Below are positions 29,803-38,347 of a stretch of 64,000 nucleotides of DNA, one piece after another. This stretch comes from an uncultured Acidobacteriaceae bacterium (GTDB lineage Bacteria > Acidobacteriota > Terriglobia > Terriglobales > Acidobacteriaceae). Both the position numbers and the translations under genes were made by a program. The DNA is taken from positions 453,425 through 517,424 of the forward strand of contig CAVZYS010000014.1 in assembly GCA_963779555.1 (NCBI GenBank). The letters are read 5' to 3'. Position 1 is the stretch's first letter. The number at the start of each line of letters is the position of its first letter. A model generated the notes under the pieces. That model did no database searches. It saw only the letters and a program-made list of their open reading frames with translations, and was not told the origin of the DNA.

Positions 29803-31146
29803 TTACTTCCGAATTTTTATAGTTTTACCATCGCCTGTTAGCTTAAATGCGTTCTTCTGGCGCTCGGACGGACTGGCGAACCTACACCTGACTTTCAGCT
29901 TGGCTTTCTTGAAGGCCCATAACCTGCGGTTATCGTACGAGTACAACCTATCTTCGAATAGTTCCACCATGATTGGCTCCACGTCGCTCGGTTTCACTTC
30001 GTCGTTCTTTAGTGCGGTAACTAATGATTGGATAGACTTGCCGGAAGTGAAAGTGCCCGCGATCGAATCCTGCGTATAAAGGATATGGGCGGAATCCTCA
30101 TAAAATATGGTCTTGTAGTCCGTACTCATCGTTGCCCATTTTGTGGCCCGCTTTTCGGCAGCCTCCTTAGCCGCCTCACTCTTCTTCAGCGCCTCCTCTT
30201 TGACCTTCAGTTCTTCCTTCTCTGCTTCTGAGCCTTTCTTCGGTCGCCATCGAGTCTCTTTTTTCGGTCCGAACTCGAACGACTCCCACTCCTTCGAGTC
30301 AGGGGTAGCAGGAGGGGGATCGTACCATTTCCCGTTCTGGTCGCGCCAGGGCTGTATCACATCATGTGTAGGCGTGGCTTGCGGTGCTAGCCCGAGCTTG
30401 ATACCCGCGGCATCAAGTTGAGCCTCGGCCGGTTGCGTTGGACTTTGAAACGGCCGCGAAGGAACCGCGAGATGCCCCACAACCGCCGCCTTTCCTCCCA
30501 TGACGTCCGCCTCATGTTCTAATCCCCTGTCGTCATTGATGGGTACTGCATCTTTCATCTGGGTCGTGGGCTGCACCCTTCCCTGCGCCTGCTGCACCAC
30601 ATGCCAGGCCTCATGCGGCAGGTGGCGCTCGGCACCCGGAGCGACATGGATGTCAGTTCCCTGCGCGTAGGCGAGGGCTTCGAGTCGAGCGGGCTGGGAC
30701 GAGTTGTAGTGAACTCTGACGTTGTCCAGGGAGATGCCAGAAAGCGACTCGACGCCGATCTTAAGGCTGTCGGGCAGGCCAGTAGCATTCTTCTGTGGCG
30801 TGGCTTCATGTTGGAGTTGGATTGAGGGGCCAGAAGGCATCGCACATTCTTGATCGTAGGCTGCTTCCTTAAGGCATTTGCGTTGCACGGGAGCAAACAT
30901 TCCTTGCAGCGACTCCTGCTGCTCCGTTCTGGCCTTGAGTTGTGCAGCCTCGCCGAACCAGCTTCCGAGCTGCATTCGCTGGGCGACCATGGTCGGGCTG
31001 TTATCAATGGTGTCGGCAAGCTTACGCTGGGCGATTGTCTCGGGGCGGTTGTCGACGAACGCCGGGGCCGAGGCAGGTCGAGGCACGCGCTCAGCGGATT
31101 GCGTCGTTGATCGCCGTTCTAATTGCGATTTCGCTGCTCGTACCAT
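29803..31146 (-). CDS. DUF4157-domain polymorphic-toxin-like protein
   Basis: VRVHYNSSQPARLEALAYAQGTDIHVAPGAERHLPHEAWHVVQQAQGRV...GLEHEADVMG is the DUF4157 signature with HExxH. A K/E-rich linker follows, then an unassigned ~110-aa C-terminal module. Confidence 0.75.
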   Translation of the reverse strand: MVRAAKSQLERRSTTQSAERVPRPASAPAFVDNRPETIAQRKLADTIDNSPTMVAQRMQLGSWFGEAAQLKARTEQQESLQGMFAPVQRKCLKEAAYDQECAMPSGPSIQLQHEATPQKNATGLPDSLKIGVESLSGISLDNVRVHYNSSQPARLEALAYAQGTDIHVAPGAERHLPHEAWHVVQQAQGRVQPTTQMKDAVPINDDRGLEHEADVMGGKAAVVGHLAVPSRPFQSPTQPAEAQLDAAGIKLGLAPQATPTHDVIQPWRDQNGKWYDPPPATPDSKEWESFEFGPKKETRWRPKKGSEAEKEELKVKEEALKKSEAAKEAAEKRATKWATMSTDYKTIFYEDSAHILYTQDSIAGTFTSGKSIQSLVTALKNDEVKPSDVEPIMVELFEDRLYSYDNRRLWAFKKAKLKVRCRFASPSERQKNAFKLTGDGKTIKIRK

Positions 31147-31375
31147 CGAGTCACCGTCCTACGTGAGAACAGAGAACAGATCCTAAATTCGAGAAATCGA
31201 AAAGTCCTTGCAGTCTGATGCACCCCTGGAAGTTTGGTGGGTCGCCCCCACAGGCGAACAGCACTTTACCATAATCCCTAATCCCTAAGTTTGGGCAGTC
31301 CAAACTGAACCTGCACGGCAAGGTTTTCAGCGCGATTACTCACCTACTCCAGAAAATTTCTTTTCACGCTTCTTT

Positions 31376-31506
31376 TGTTTTCAATCGTTTGGGAGGAAAA
31401 TCGTTGCAAGCGATTGATTGCCAATGACTTATGGCTATCCATGTAATTCGCAAGGACTTAGCTCTGCAAATTCTCGCCCCCGGCGTCTTCATGGACTCTG
31501 GTTTCG
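31376..31506 (+). repeat. copy B of the three-copy conserved intergenic element
   Basis: About 70% identical by eye to 24032..24165. Lies between the peroxidase stop (31513) and the toxin gene start (31146). Confidence 0.7.
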
Positions 31507-31512
31507 ATCGAC

Positions 31513-33027
31513 TTACTGTCCCAGCGCGTACTTAACGAAGTCTTTCAGCCCAAAACCGGGGCCGGAATCCGGATGCCAATTCGGTTCGAGACTCAGCAGG
31601 GAATTGCTGTCGCCAAACATCAATCCCAGGAACACCTCGGCCACTATACGGCCACCAACTGGCCCCAGCTTGGGTGTCTTGATCGTGATGTCTTCCAGCA
31701 CCGGGATCTTGACGGGCTCTTTATGGTGCATTGCTTCAGCCAAAATATAAGTCCACAGAGGACAATTCTGCTTGAAGACATTTCCGAGACCTAGTTTTGG
31801 ATCAAGGATAGTGGGCAATGGACTGTCCGGTTTATCCACTCCCTGACCAATTTGGATTTCATCGTCTTTCAGCGGTTTGATACCCATTGCGTGAGCCACA
31901 TGCTGGCCTGAAGGCAGCTCCAATCTCCATCCTCGCAAGAGATTTCTCTCGGCTAGAGATGGCGGAGGATCGCTCACTATGGGCTCCGGGAGCTGAGAAA
32001 GCGGGTTCACGAGTGACGTATCGATCCTGTAGGCAAATTGAAGACGCTTGGCATTCACGGCATTCGAACCATCGTAGCTGCGGATATCAATGTCGATGAA
32101 ACGTCCCCAGTCGATGCCCCATGCTGGATTCATCGCCTGGAAGCCTGTCAGTCCCTCCGGAAACCCTGCAATGGGGAAAATGGGTCGCAGAATCGCATCG
32201 TTGAGGCGATATCCCGGACGGATCATTGAGTGCCCGAGCCGGTAAGCGGCCACGGAAAACTCCACCGGCATGAATGGATCATTCTTCCAGTGAAAGAACT
32301 TAAGCTTGTGCGGATCAAACTGTCCATCAGACCGTAGCTGTTTTAAAACGCTTGAATGTACAATCCGGGGCAGAAAATCATTCAGCACCACATACTGATA
32401 ATGGAAACGAACGAGCTTTTGAACGTCGGAAAACGCCATGCCGGCCTTATCGGCGAGCATGCGATTGTGAAACCGAAGGAATAACCCCTGCAGCTGAGAG
32501 ACGATGCTGTTCTCGTCATTGCGTGGATCGCCGATGAGAGCGCGGCTTGGATTAGCATTATTGCGCGGCAGGTCTCTCGCATTAGGATCCACCCCGCCGC
32601 TTAATCGATTTCCCAGCAGAAAAGTGTTACCTCCGTCGTACATGTACGGCTGATCGCCGGGTCCGCGGCCATAGACATTGTCCAGATCGAAGGCAGGAGT
32701 TCGGTAGTCTACCAGCGCATCTGGGTCGTTTTGCTTTTGCAGGCTGCTCGCCGGATCGAACGTGATGTCGTGATCTACGAACTGACCAAAATAGGTGTAA
32801 AGCGCAGGAATGCCGCTCTCCTCGTCATCCTTACCGTCTTTTGGGGGATCAGGGAGAGCAGACATGGCAGCGCCGAGCTTGGTTAGATTTGCTTTATTGT
32901 CGTCTTCCGTTGCTCCGAACGTGGCCGGGCGAAGTGACCGAAACATGCGACCGAAGCGTCCCGCGAATAGTTGAGAACTGTTCGTAGACATCAATCCACG
33001 AACTGGCGCACTATGTCTTCCGCTCAT
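31513..33027 (-). CDS. animal-haem-peroxidase-family protein
   Basis: YFGQFVDHDITFD distal-His motif and RLGHSMIRP proximal-His region. No obvious signal peptide. Start may be the second ATG (32991). Confidence 0.8.
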   Translation of the reverse strand: MSGRHSAPVRGLMSTNSSQLFAGRFGRMFRSLRPATFGATEDDNKANLTKLGAAMSALPDPPKDGKDDEESGIPALYTYFGQFVDHDITFDPASSLQKQNDPDALVDYRTPAFDLDNVYGRGPGDQPYMYDGGNTFLLGNRLSGGVDPNARDLPRNNANPSRALIGDPRNDENSIVSQLQGLFLRFHNRMLADKAGMAFSDVQKLVRFHYQYVVLNDFLPRIVHSSVLKQLRSDGQFDPHKLKFFHWKNDPFMPVEFSVAAYRLGHSMIRPGYRLNDAILRPIFPIAGFPEGLTGFQAMNPAWGIDWGRFIDIDIRSYDGSNAVNAKRLQFAYRIDTSLVNPLSQLPEPIVSDPPPSLAERNLLRGWRLELPSGQHVAHAMGIKPLKDDEIQIGQGVDKPDSPLPTILDPKLGLGNVFKQNCPLWTYILAEAMHHKEPVKIPVLEDITIKTPKLGPVGGRIVAEVFLGLMFGDSNSLLSLEPNWHPDSGPGFGLKDFVKYALGQ

Positions 33028-33390
33028 GACGTTCCTCCTAAGCCCATAAGCTGTATCCTGGCTCGTTGCATGCCAAATCCGATGCTGGGCGAATATCTTG
33101 CTTCAGCGCCCGGTTCTTAAGCGTAGTGCAAGCACCAACCGAAAATGCTCGTAGAGCGCAACCCGAAAAGCATCCACTTCACAGCTACACGATTGGGCCG
33201 TCTGGGACCTGGGACCTGGATGGACAACCTAAGAGCTACTCACAGCAACCAGTACAAATACACATTTGGGAGCGCCAGTGTGTGACAAATGAGCGTGTCA
33301 GTCAAGACCACTGAAGTGTGTTGGCTCCCATGTCATTTATAGTAATTAGTGGCTAGCAGCAGAAGAAGGGGCGCGAAGCGGGGCTGCTAA

Positions 33391-34512
33391 CTACGACCCC
33401 ACATACCTCGCATACAAGCTTCTGGCAATGGCGGTGTCCGTCGTGCCCTTTATGATGGCGCGGCCATCGGGGAAGAGCGTCATCTCGTAGGGGTCGTGCC
33501 AGAACTTGAGCACGAACTCGTTGTGCTTTACGGCGCCGTGCGGGGCTAGGCGGCGGGTGATCTCCTCAAAGTCGATGGGGCGCTGGCGCTCGTGGATTTG
33601 CACCGAATTGCGGCCGCACAGCGAGATGGGCGGGCGGCCTTCTCCGGCGAGATGCACAAAGTCGTGCTGCTGACATGCACGGCAATCTTCGCGCGGGCGG
33701 GCCGTCGATACTTCGGCAGGCTCATTGGTCCACACGTCGTACGACCAGAGCGTGCGGCGAATCTGGTCGCGCGCGCCGACGATAAGCTTCATCGCCTCGG
33801 TCGCCGCAATCGACGCCACCAGGTTCACGGCTGAATTCAGGATGCCCGAAGTGTCGCAGGTTTCGACTATTCCTTTGGGGGAATCTGGAAAGATACAGGC
33901 GAGGCAGGCGGTCTCCTCGGGCAGCACCGTCATGGTCACAGCGTAACTGCCGACTCCGGCGGCATAAATCCAAGGCAACTTCTCGCTGACACAAAAGTCG
34001 TTGATCAGATAGCGGGTCTCGAAGTTGTCGGTGCCGTCGAGGATGAGCTCCACGTTGGCGAGCAGGTCGTGCACGTTGCCGGGGACGAGGTCGGCGGCGT
34101 GCGGTTCGACCACGATTTCCGAGTTAAAGCCGCTGATTTTGCGGGCTGCGGCGATAGCCTTGGGCAGCGACTCCGCCGCATCGCTCTCGTCGAACAACAC
34201 CTGACGCTGCAGATTGCTGGGCTCAACGTAGTCGCGATCGATGATGCGCATGTAGCCAAGCCCGGCGCGAGCCAGCAGGGAAGCGAGGGCCGATCCGGTG
34301 GCTCCGCAGCCGACAATGGCGACACGCGCGGCCGCCAGCTTCTTTTGGCCTTCGGGTCCGACGGGTTGGAAGAGGATTTGGCGGGAGTACCGCTCGGCGA
34401 ATTCCAACAGCGCTACCTGCTCTCTGTCTGCATCCTTCGTTATTATAGGAACGCCATAGAGGTTTCGTCTTGAGACTCGCACCGAGACGGTCGCATGTGG
34501 GCCACGGGTCAT
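33391..34512 (-). CDS. ThiF/MoeB/HesA-family E1-like adenylyltransferase
   Basis: RYSRQILF, VAIVGCGATGSALASLLARAG, IDRDYVEPSNLQRQ and CxxC pairs. Start uncertain. The longest ORF (to 34791) overlaps divergent bamA. Confidence 0.75.
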   Translation of the reverse strand: MTRGPHATVSVRVSRRNLYGVPIITKDADREQVALLEFAERYSRQILFQPVGPEGQKKLAAARVAIVGCGATGSALASLLARAGLGYMRIIDRDYVEPSNLQRQVLFDESDAAESLPKAIAAARKISGFNSEIVVEPHAADLVPGNVHDLLANVELILDGTDNFETRYLINDFCVSEKLPWIYAAGVGSYAVTMTVLPEETACLACIFPDSPKGIVETCDTSGILNSAVNLVASIAATEAMKLIVGARDQIRRTLWSYDVWTNEPAEVSTARPREDCRACQQHDFVHLAGEGRPPISLCGRNSVQIHERQRPIDFEEITRRLAPHGAVKHNEFVLKFWHDPYEMTLFPDGRAIIKGTTDTAIARSLYARYVGS

Positions 34513-37500
34513 GGGTCGGTTACAGGTGCGGGCCAGGCGCGGCAGGTTCAATCGCGGCGGCTTGGAACTGGCAGGTCTACCAAGGGTTACGAGTTTGAGG
34601 AAGCCAACCACGCCATTCATCTTCGGGATCGGACTGTTGGGCGCCGCGCTGGCGCTGGGTCCTCCGCTGGCGTGGCCGCAAAATCCTCCGCCTGCCCATA
34701 TCCCTGAGAATGACACGGTCCAAGACCAGACGCATTCCTCGCCTGAGTTGAATGGCGCCGCCAAGTACCAGGGCGAGATGGTGCGCGACATTCAGTTTCG
34801 CGGCATCGCCGGGACGAACGCTGAGATGCTCCGAAGCCTAATGCTGGTGAAGCCGGGCGAACCTCTCGATCGCGACTCGCTGCGCGAATCAATCAAGGTT
34901 TTGTACTCCACGGGACGGTTTTCCAGCTTGCACGTAGAGGCCGAGCGCGTCCTGCCGAGCGGTATCACTCTGACCTTCGTCTCCGAGGAGAACTATTTCA
35001 ACGGCGACGTGAATGTTGACGGCCTGAACCCGAAAACTCCGCCCAAACCACACCAGCTAGTCAATGCCAGCAAGCTCGATCTCGGGGAACTGTTCTCCGA
35101 AGACAACGTGAAGCGGGCGATAGAGCGCATGACGAAGGTGATGGGCGACAACGGCTACTACCAGCCTGCCATCACCTACGATCTGAAGCCGCACGACGAT
35201 ACCCGGCAGATGGACATGGTCTTTCGCGTGTCGCCCGGGGACCTTGCCAAGGTGGGCAAGGTCAACATCGGGGGCGATACTGGGATTCCGCCGGAACAGA
35301 TTCTGCAGATCACCAAGTTGAAGCCGGGTGCGAAGGTGAAGAACGAGAACCTGACGCGCGCACTGGAACGGCTGCGCAAGTACTACCAGAAGAACCAGCA
35401 CCTGGAGGCGCAAGTATCGCTGACCAACCGCGACTATCATCCCGATACCAATACGCTGGACTACACCTTCGAGGTGGAACAAGGTTCCAAGGTAGTCATC
35501 ACGGCCGAGGGTGCGAAGATCAGGAACGGAGAGATGAAGAAGCTGGTGCCGGTTTACCAGGAAAATGCGGTGGATGATGACCTGCTCAATGAGGGCCGCC
35601 GCAACCTGCGCAACTACATGCAGACCAAGGGTTACTTCGATGCCACAGTGGCGGTCGAACGGCGTCCGGTGCCCGACGAAGAGCAGGTTGACATTGTGTA
35701 CAAGATCGACCCAGGGCAGCGGCACGAACTTGAGGCGATCAAAATTGTGGGCAACAAGTATTTTGATGAGGCCACGATTCGCGAGCGTCTGTCCATCCAG
35801 CCCAAGAGCTGGATCCTCACCAACGGGCGCTTCAGCCAGCGCATGATGACGGACGATGCTGGATCCATCAAGGGGCTGTACCAGGCGAACGGATTCCTGG
35901 ATGTGAAGGTCGATGCCGCGCTGGACGACAACTATGAGTCGCACCAGGGCGAGTTGATGGTGGTTTTTCGGATCACCGAAGGTCCGCAAACCCTCGTCAA
36001 GAACCTGGCGATCGAAGGCAATAACAGCTTCACGACGGAGCAACTTGCTTCCTTGCTAAGCAGCGTTCCGGGACAACCCTTCAGCGAAGCCGACATCATG
36101 AACGATCGCGATGCGGTGACCTACTTCTACTACAACCGGGGATTTCCCGACGTGCAGTTTGAGTCTTCGGCCAAACCGGTGGAAGGCCAGCCCTATCGCA
36201 TGGACGTGGCGTACTCCATCGTGGAAGGGCAACGGGTCAATGTCGACCGGCTAATCGTCACCGGGTTGGAGCATACCCGCCGCTACATTCTGGATCGTCA
36301 GATACGAATCAGCGACGGGGATCCTCTCAGCCAGGCTGCCATGGTGGAGTCACAACGCCGTCTCTACAACCTGGGGATCTTCAACCAGGTGGACATGGCA
36401 GTGCAAAATCCGGAGGGAATCGAGCCGCAAAAGAATGTGCTGTTCAATCTTGCGGAAGCTCCGCGCTGGACGTTTCGCTATGGCGGCGGTATTGAGTTTG
36501 CGACTGGCAACACTCCGGCCATAAACAATCCACAGGGGCAGGCAGGCGTGAGTCCAAACGGCGTGCTTGAGATCACCCGCCTGAATATGTTCGGACGCGA
36601 CCAGACGCTGAGCATGCGGGCCCGTGTCGGCCTGCTCACGCGTCGGGGACTGATCAGCTACGACGCGCCCCGGCTCTTCAAGAGCGAGAAATGGCGTTTC
36701 ACGTTGAGCGCTTTTTACGACAACACGGTCAACGTCAACACCTTCACCTCGGAACGTCTGGAGGGTTCCTTTGGCGCTGAGTACCGTTACAGCAGAGCTA
36801 CAACCCTTCTGTTCCGAATGAGCTACCAGCGGGTGCGAGTCGATCCGGCGAGTTTGGTCATCGATCCCGGCCTCATACCGTTGTATTCGCGGCCAGTGCG
36901 GATTGCCATGCCCAGTTTCACCTGGGTACGGGACCGACGCGACAACCCGGTGGACACACACAAGGGAAGTTACAACCTGCTCGACACGGGACTGGCCACC
37001 AGCGCGCTGGGCTCGGAGTCGAACTTCGGCAAGATCTTGTTCCAGAACTCCACCTACTACACGTTCCATAAGAAGTGGGTTCTGGCGCGCAACACCCAGA
37101 TCGGCGTCGAGTATCCCTACGGAACCAACTACTATCCGGGTGGACCGGCGACGGCAATTCCACTGCCGGAGTTGTTCTTCGCCGGCGGCGGCAACTCGCT
37201 GCGCGGCTTCGCCATCAACCAGGCAGGGCCGCGCGACCTGCAGACTGGCTATCCGATCGGTGGACAGGGCCTGTTCGTCAATAACTTTGAGATCCGCACG
37301 CCGCCGGTGATGTTGCCCTACGTCGCCGACAACCTGAGCTTTGTCTTCTTTCACGACATGGGCAACGTGTTCGCTACACCGAACCAGATACTGAGTGGAA
37401 TCGTGCGCTTCCAGCAGCCTTCGCTCGCGGCTTGTGCGCGAGCCAGCAGCACGATCGGTTGCAATTTCAGCTATAACCCGCAGGCGGTGGGCATTGGCAT

Positions 37501-37642
37501 TCGCTACAAAACGCCGGTGGGACCCGTGCGCGGCGATATCAGCTACAACTTCAGTCCCACTCGGTATCCGGTCCGAGACACGGACACGGTGCAGACCTTG
37601 CGGCGCGTTAACTACTTCTTCAGTATTGGACAGACCTTCTAA
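34511..37642 (+). CDS. bamA: outer membrane protein assembly factor BamA (Omp85, POTRA repeats + beta-barrel)
   Basis: Five POTRA-like repeats and the C-terminal barrel with FFAGGGNSLRGF and a terminal ...YFFSIGQTF. An alternative TTG start at 34595 would remove the overlap with the divergent gene. Confidence 0.85.
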   Translation: MGRLQVRARRGRFNRGGLELAGLPRVTSLRKPTTPFIFGIGLLGAALALGPPLAWPQNPPPAHIPENDTVQDQTHSSPELNGAAKYQGEMVRDIQFRGIAGTNAEMLRSLMLVKPGEPLDRDSLRESIKVLYSTGRFSSLHVEAERVLPSGITLTFVSEENYFNGDVNVDGLNPKTPPKPHQLVNASKLDLGELFSEDNVKRAIERMTKVMGDNGYYQPAITYDLKPHDDTRQMDMVFRVSPGDLAKVGKVNIGGDTGIPPEQILQITKLKPGAKVKNENLTRALERLRKYYQKNQHLEAQVSLTNRDYHPDTNTLDYTFEVEQGSKVVITAEGAKIRNGEMKKLVPVYQENAVDDDLLNEGRRNLRNYMQTKGYFDATVAVERRPVPDEEQVDIVYKIDPGQRHELEAIKIVGNKYFDEATIRERLSIQPKSWILTNGRFSQRMMTDDAGSIKGLYQANGFLDVKVDAALDDNYESHQGELMVVFRITEGPQTLVKNLAIEGNNSFTTEQLASLLSSVPGQPFSEADIMNDRDAVTYFYYNRGFPDVQFESSAKPVEGQPYRMDVAYSIVEGQRVNVDRLIVTGLEHTRRYILDRQIRISDGDPLSQAAMVESQRRLYNLGIFNQVDMAVQNPEGIEPQKNVLFNLAEAPRWTFRYGGGIEFATGNTPAINNPQGQAGVSPNGVLEITRLNMFGRDQTLSMRARVGLLTRRGLISYDAPRLFKSEKWRFTLSAFYDNTVNVNTFTSERLEGSFGAEYRYSRATTLLFRMSYQRVRVDPASLVIDPGLIPLYSRPVRIAMPSFTWVRDRRDNPVDTHKGSYNLLDTGLATSALGSESNFGKILFQNSTYYTFHKKWVLARNTQIGVEYPYGTNYYPGGPATAIPLPELFFAGGGNSLRGFAINQAGPRDLQTGYPIGGQGLFVNNFEIRTPPVMLPYVADNLSFVFFHDMGNVFATPNQILSGIVRFQQPSLAACARASSTIGCNFSYNPQAVGIGIRYKTPVGPVRGDISYNFSPTRYPVRDTDTVQTLRRVNYFFSIGQTF

Positions 37643-38346
37643 TGAGACGCTTTTTGACCATCACGATTTGCATAGTGCTGCTGACACCGATGGCGGCTTA
37701 CGCCGGAGAGGTGATCGACGGTGTGATTGCCACGGTGAACCGCAAACCATTGCTGCAAAGCGATTGGGACGATGCCGTCCGCTTTGAAGCATTCATGCAA
37801 CAAAAACCCCTGTCCAGCGTGACCGAGGCGGATCGGGCCGGCGCCTTGCAGCGGCTGATCGATCGCCAGCTGCTGGAAATCCAGATGACCGACCCAAACT
37901 ATCTGGCTCCGTCGCGCGAAGAAGTTCACGCCAACCTGGCCAAGCTGCGGGCACAAATTCCGGCGGCCGGAAGTGAGCACGGCTGGCAGAAGTTGATTGC
38001 GTCGTATGGATTTTCGCAGCGCGAGATAGAAGAGAATGTGCGGCGCGAGATGCAGATGATGAACTTCATCGAAGTGCGCCTGCGGCCCAATGTGCACGTG
38101 CAGCCCGAGGAGATCGAAGCGTACTACCGCACCCAGGTGTTGCCCGACATGGAGAAAGCTGGAGTCAAGGTTGTGACCCTGCAGGAAGTCGGGCCGAAAA
38201 TCAGAGAACTGTTGGTGCAGCAGCACATGGATGAACTGCTGGAAGCGTGGCTGCACAACCTGCGGCAACAGACACAGATCCAGAATTTGATTCCGTTGCC
38301 GGGGCAAATTTCGTCGTCGCAGCACGAGGTAGCCGGCGGCGAGTAA
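37642..38346 (+). CDS. SurA N-terminal-domain chaperone-like protein (no PPIase domain)
   Basis: Signal peptide, then IDGVIATVNRKPLLQSDWD...LIDRQLL as in the SurA_N domain. Its ATG overlaps the bamA TAA (taATG). Confidence 0.65.
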   Translation: MRRFLTITICIVLLTPMAAYAGEVIDGVIATVNRKPLLQSDWDDAVRFEAFMQQKPLSSVTEADRAGALQRLIDRQLLEIQMTDPNYLAPSREEVHANLAKLRAQIPAAGSEHGWQKLIASYGFSQREIEENVRREMQMMNFIEVRLRPNVHVQPEEIEAYYRTQVLPDMEKAGVKVVTLQEVGPKIRELLVQQHMDELLEAWLHNLRQQTQIQNLIPLPGQISSSQHEVAGGE

Positions 38347-38347
38347 C

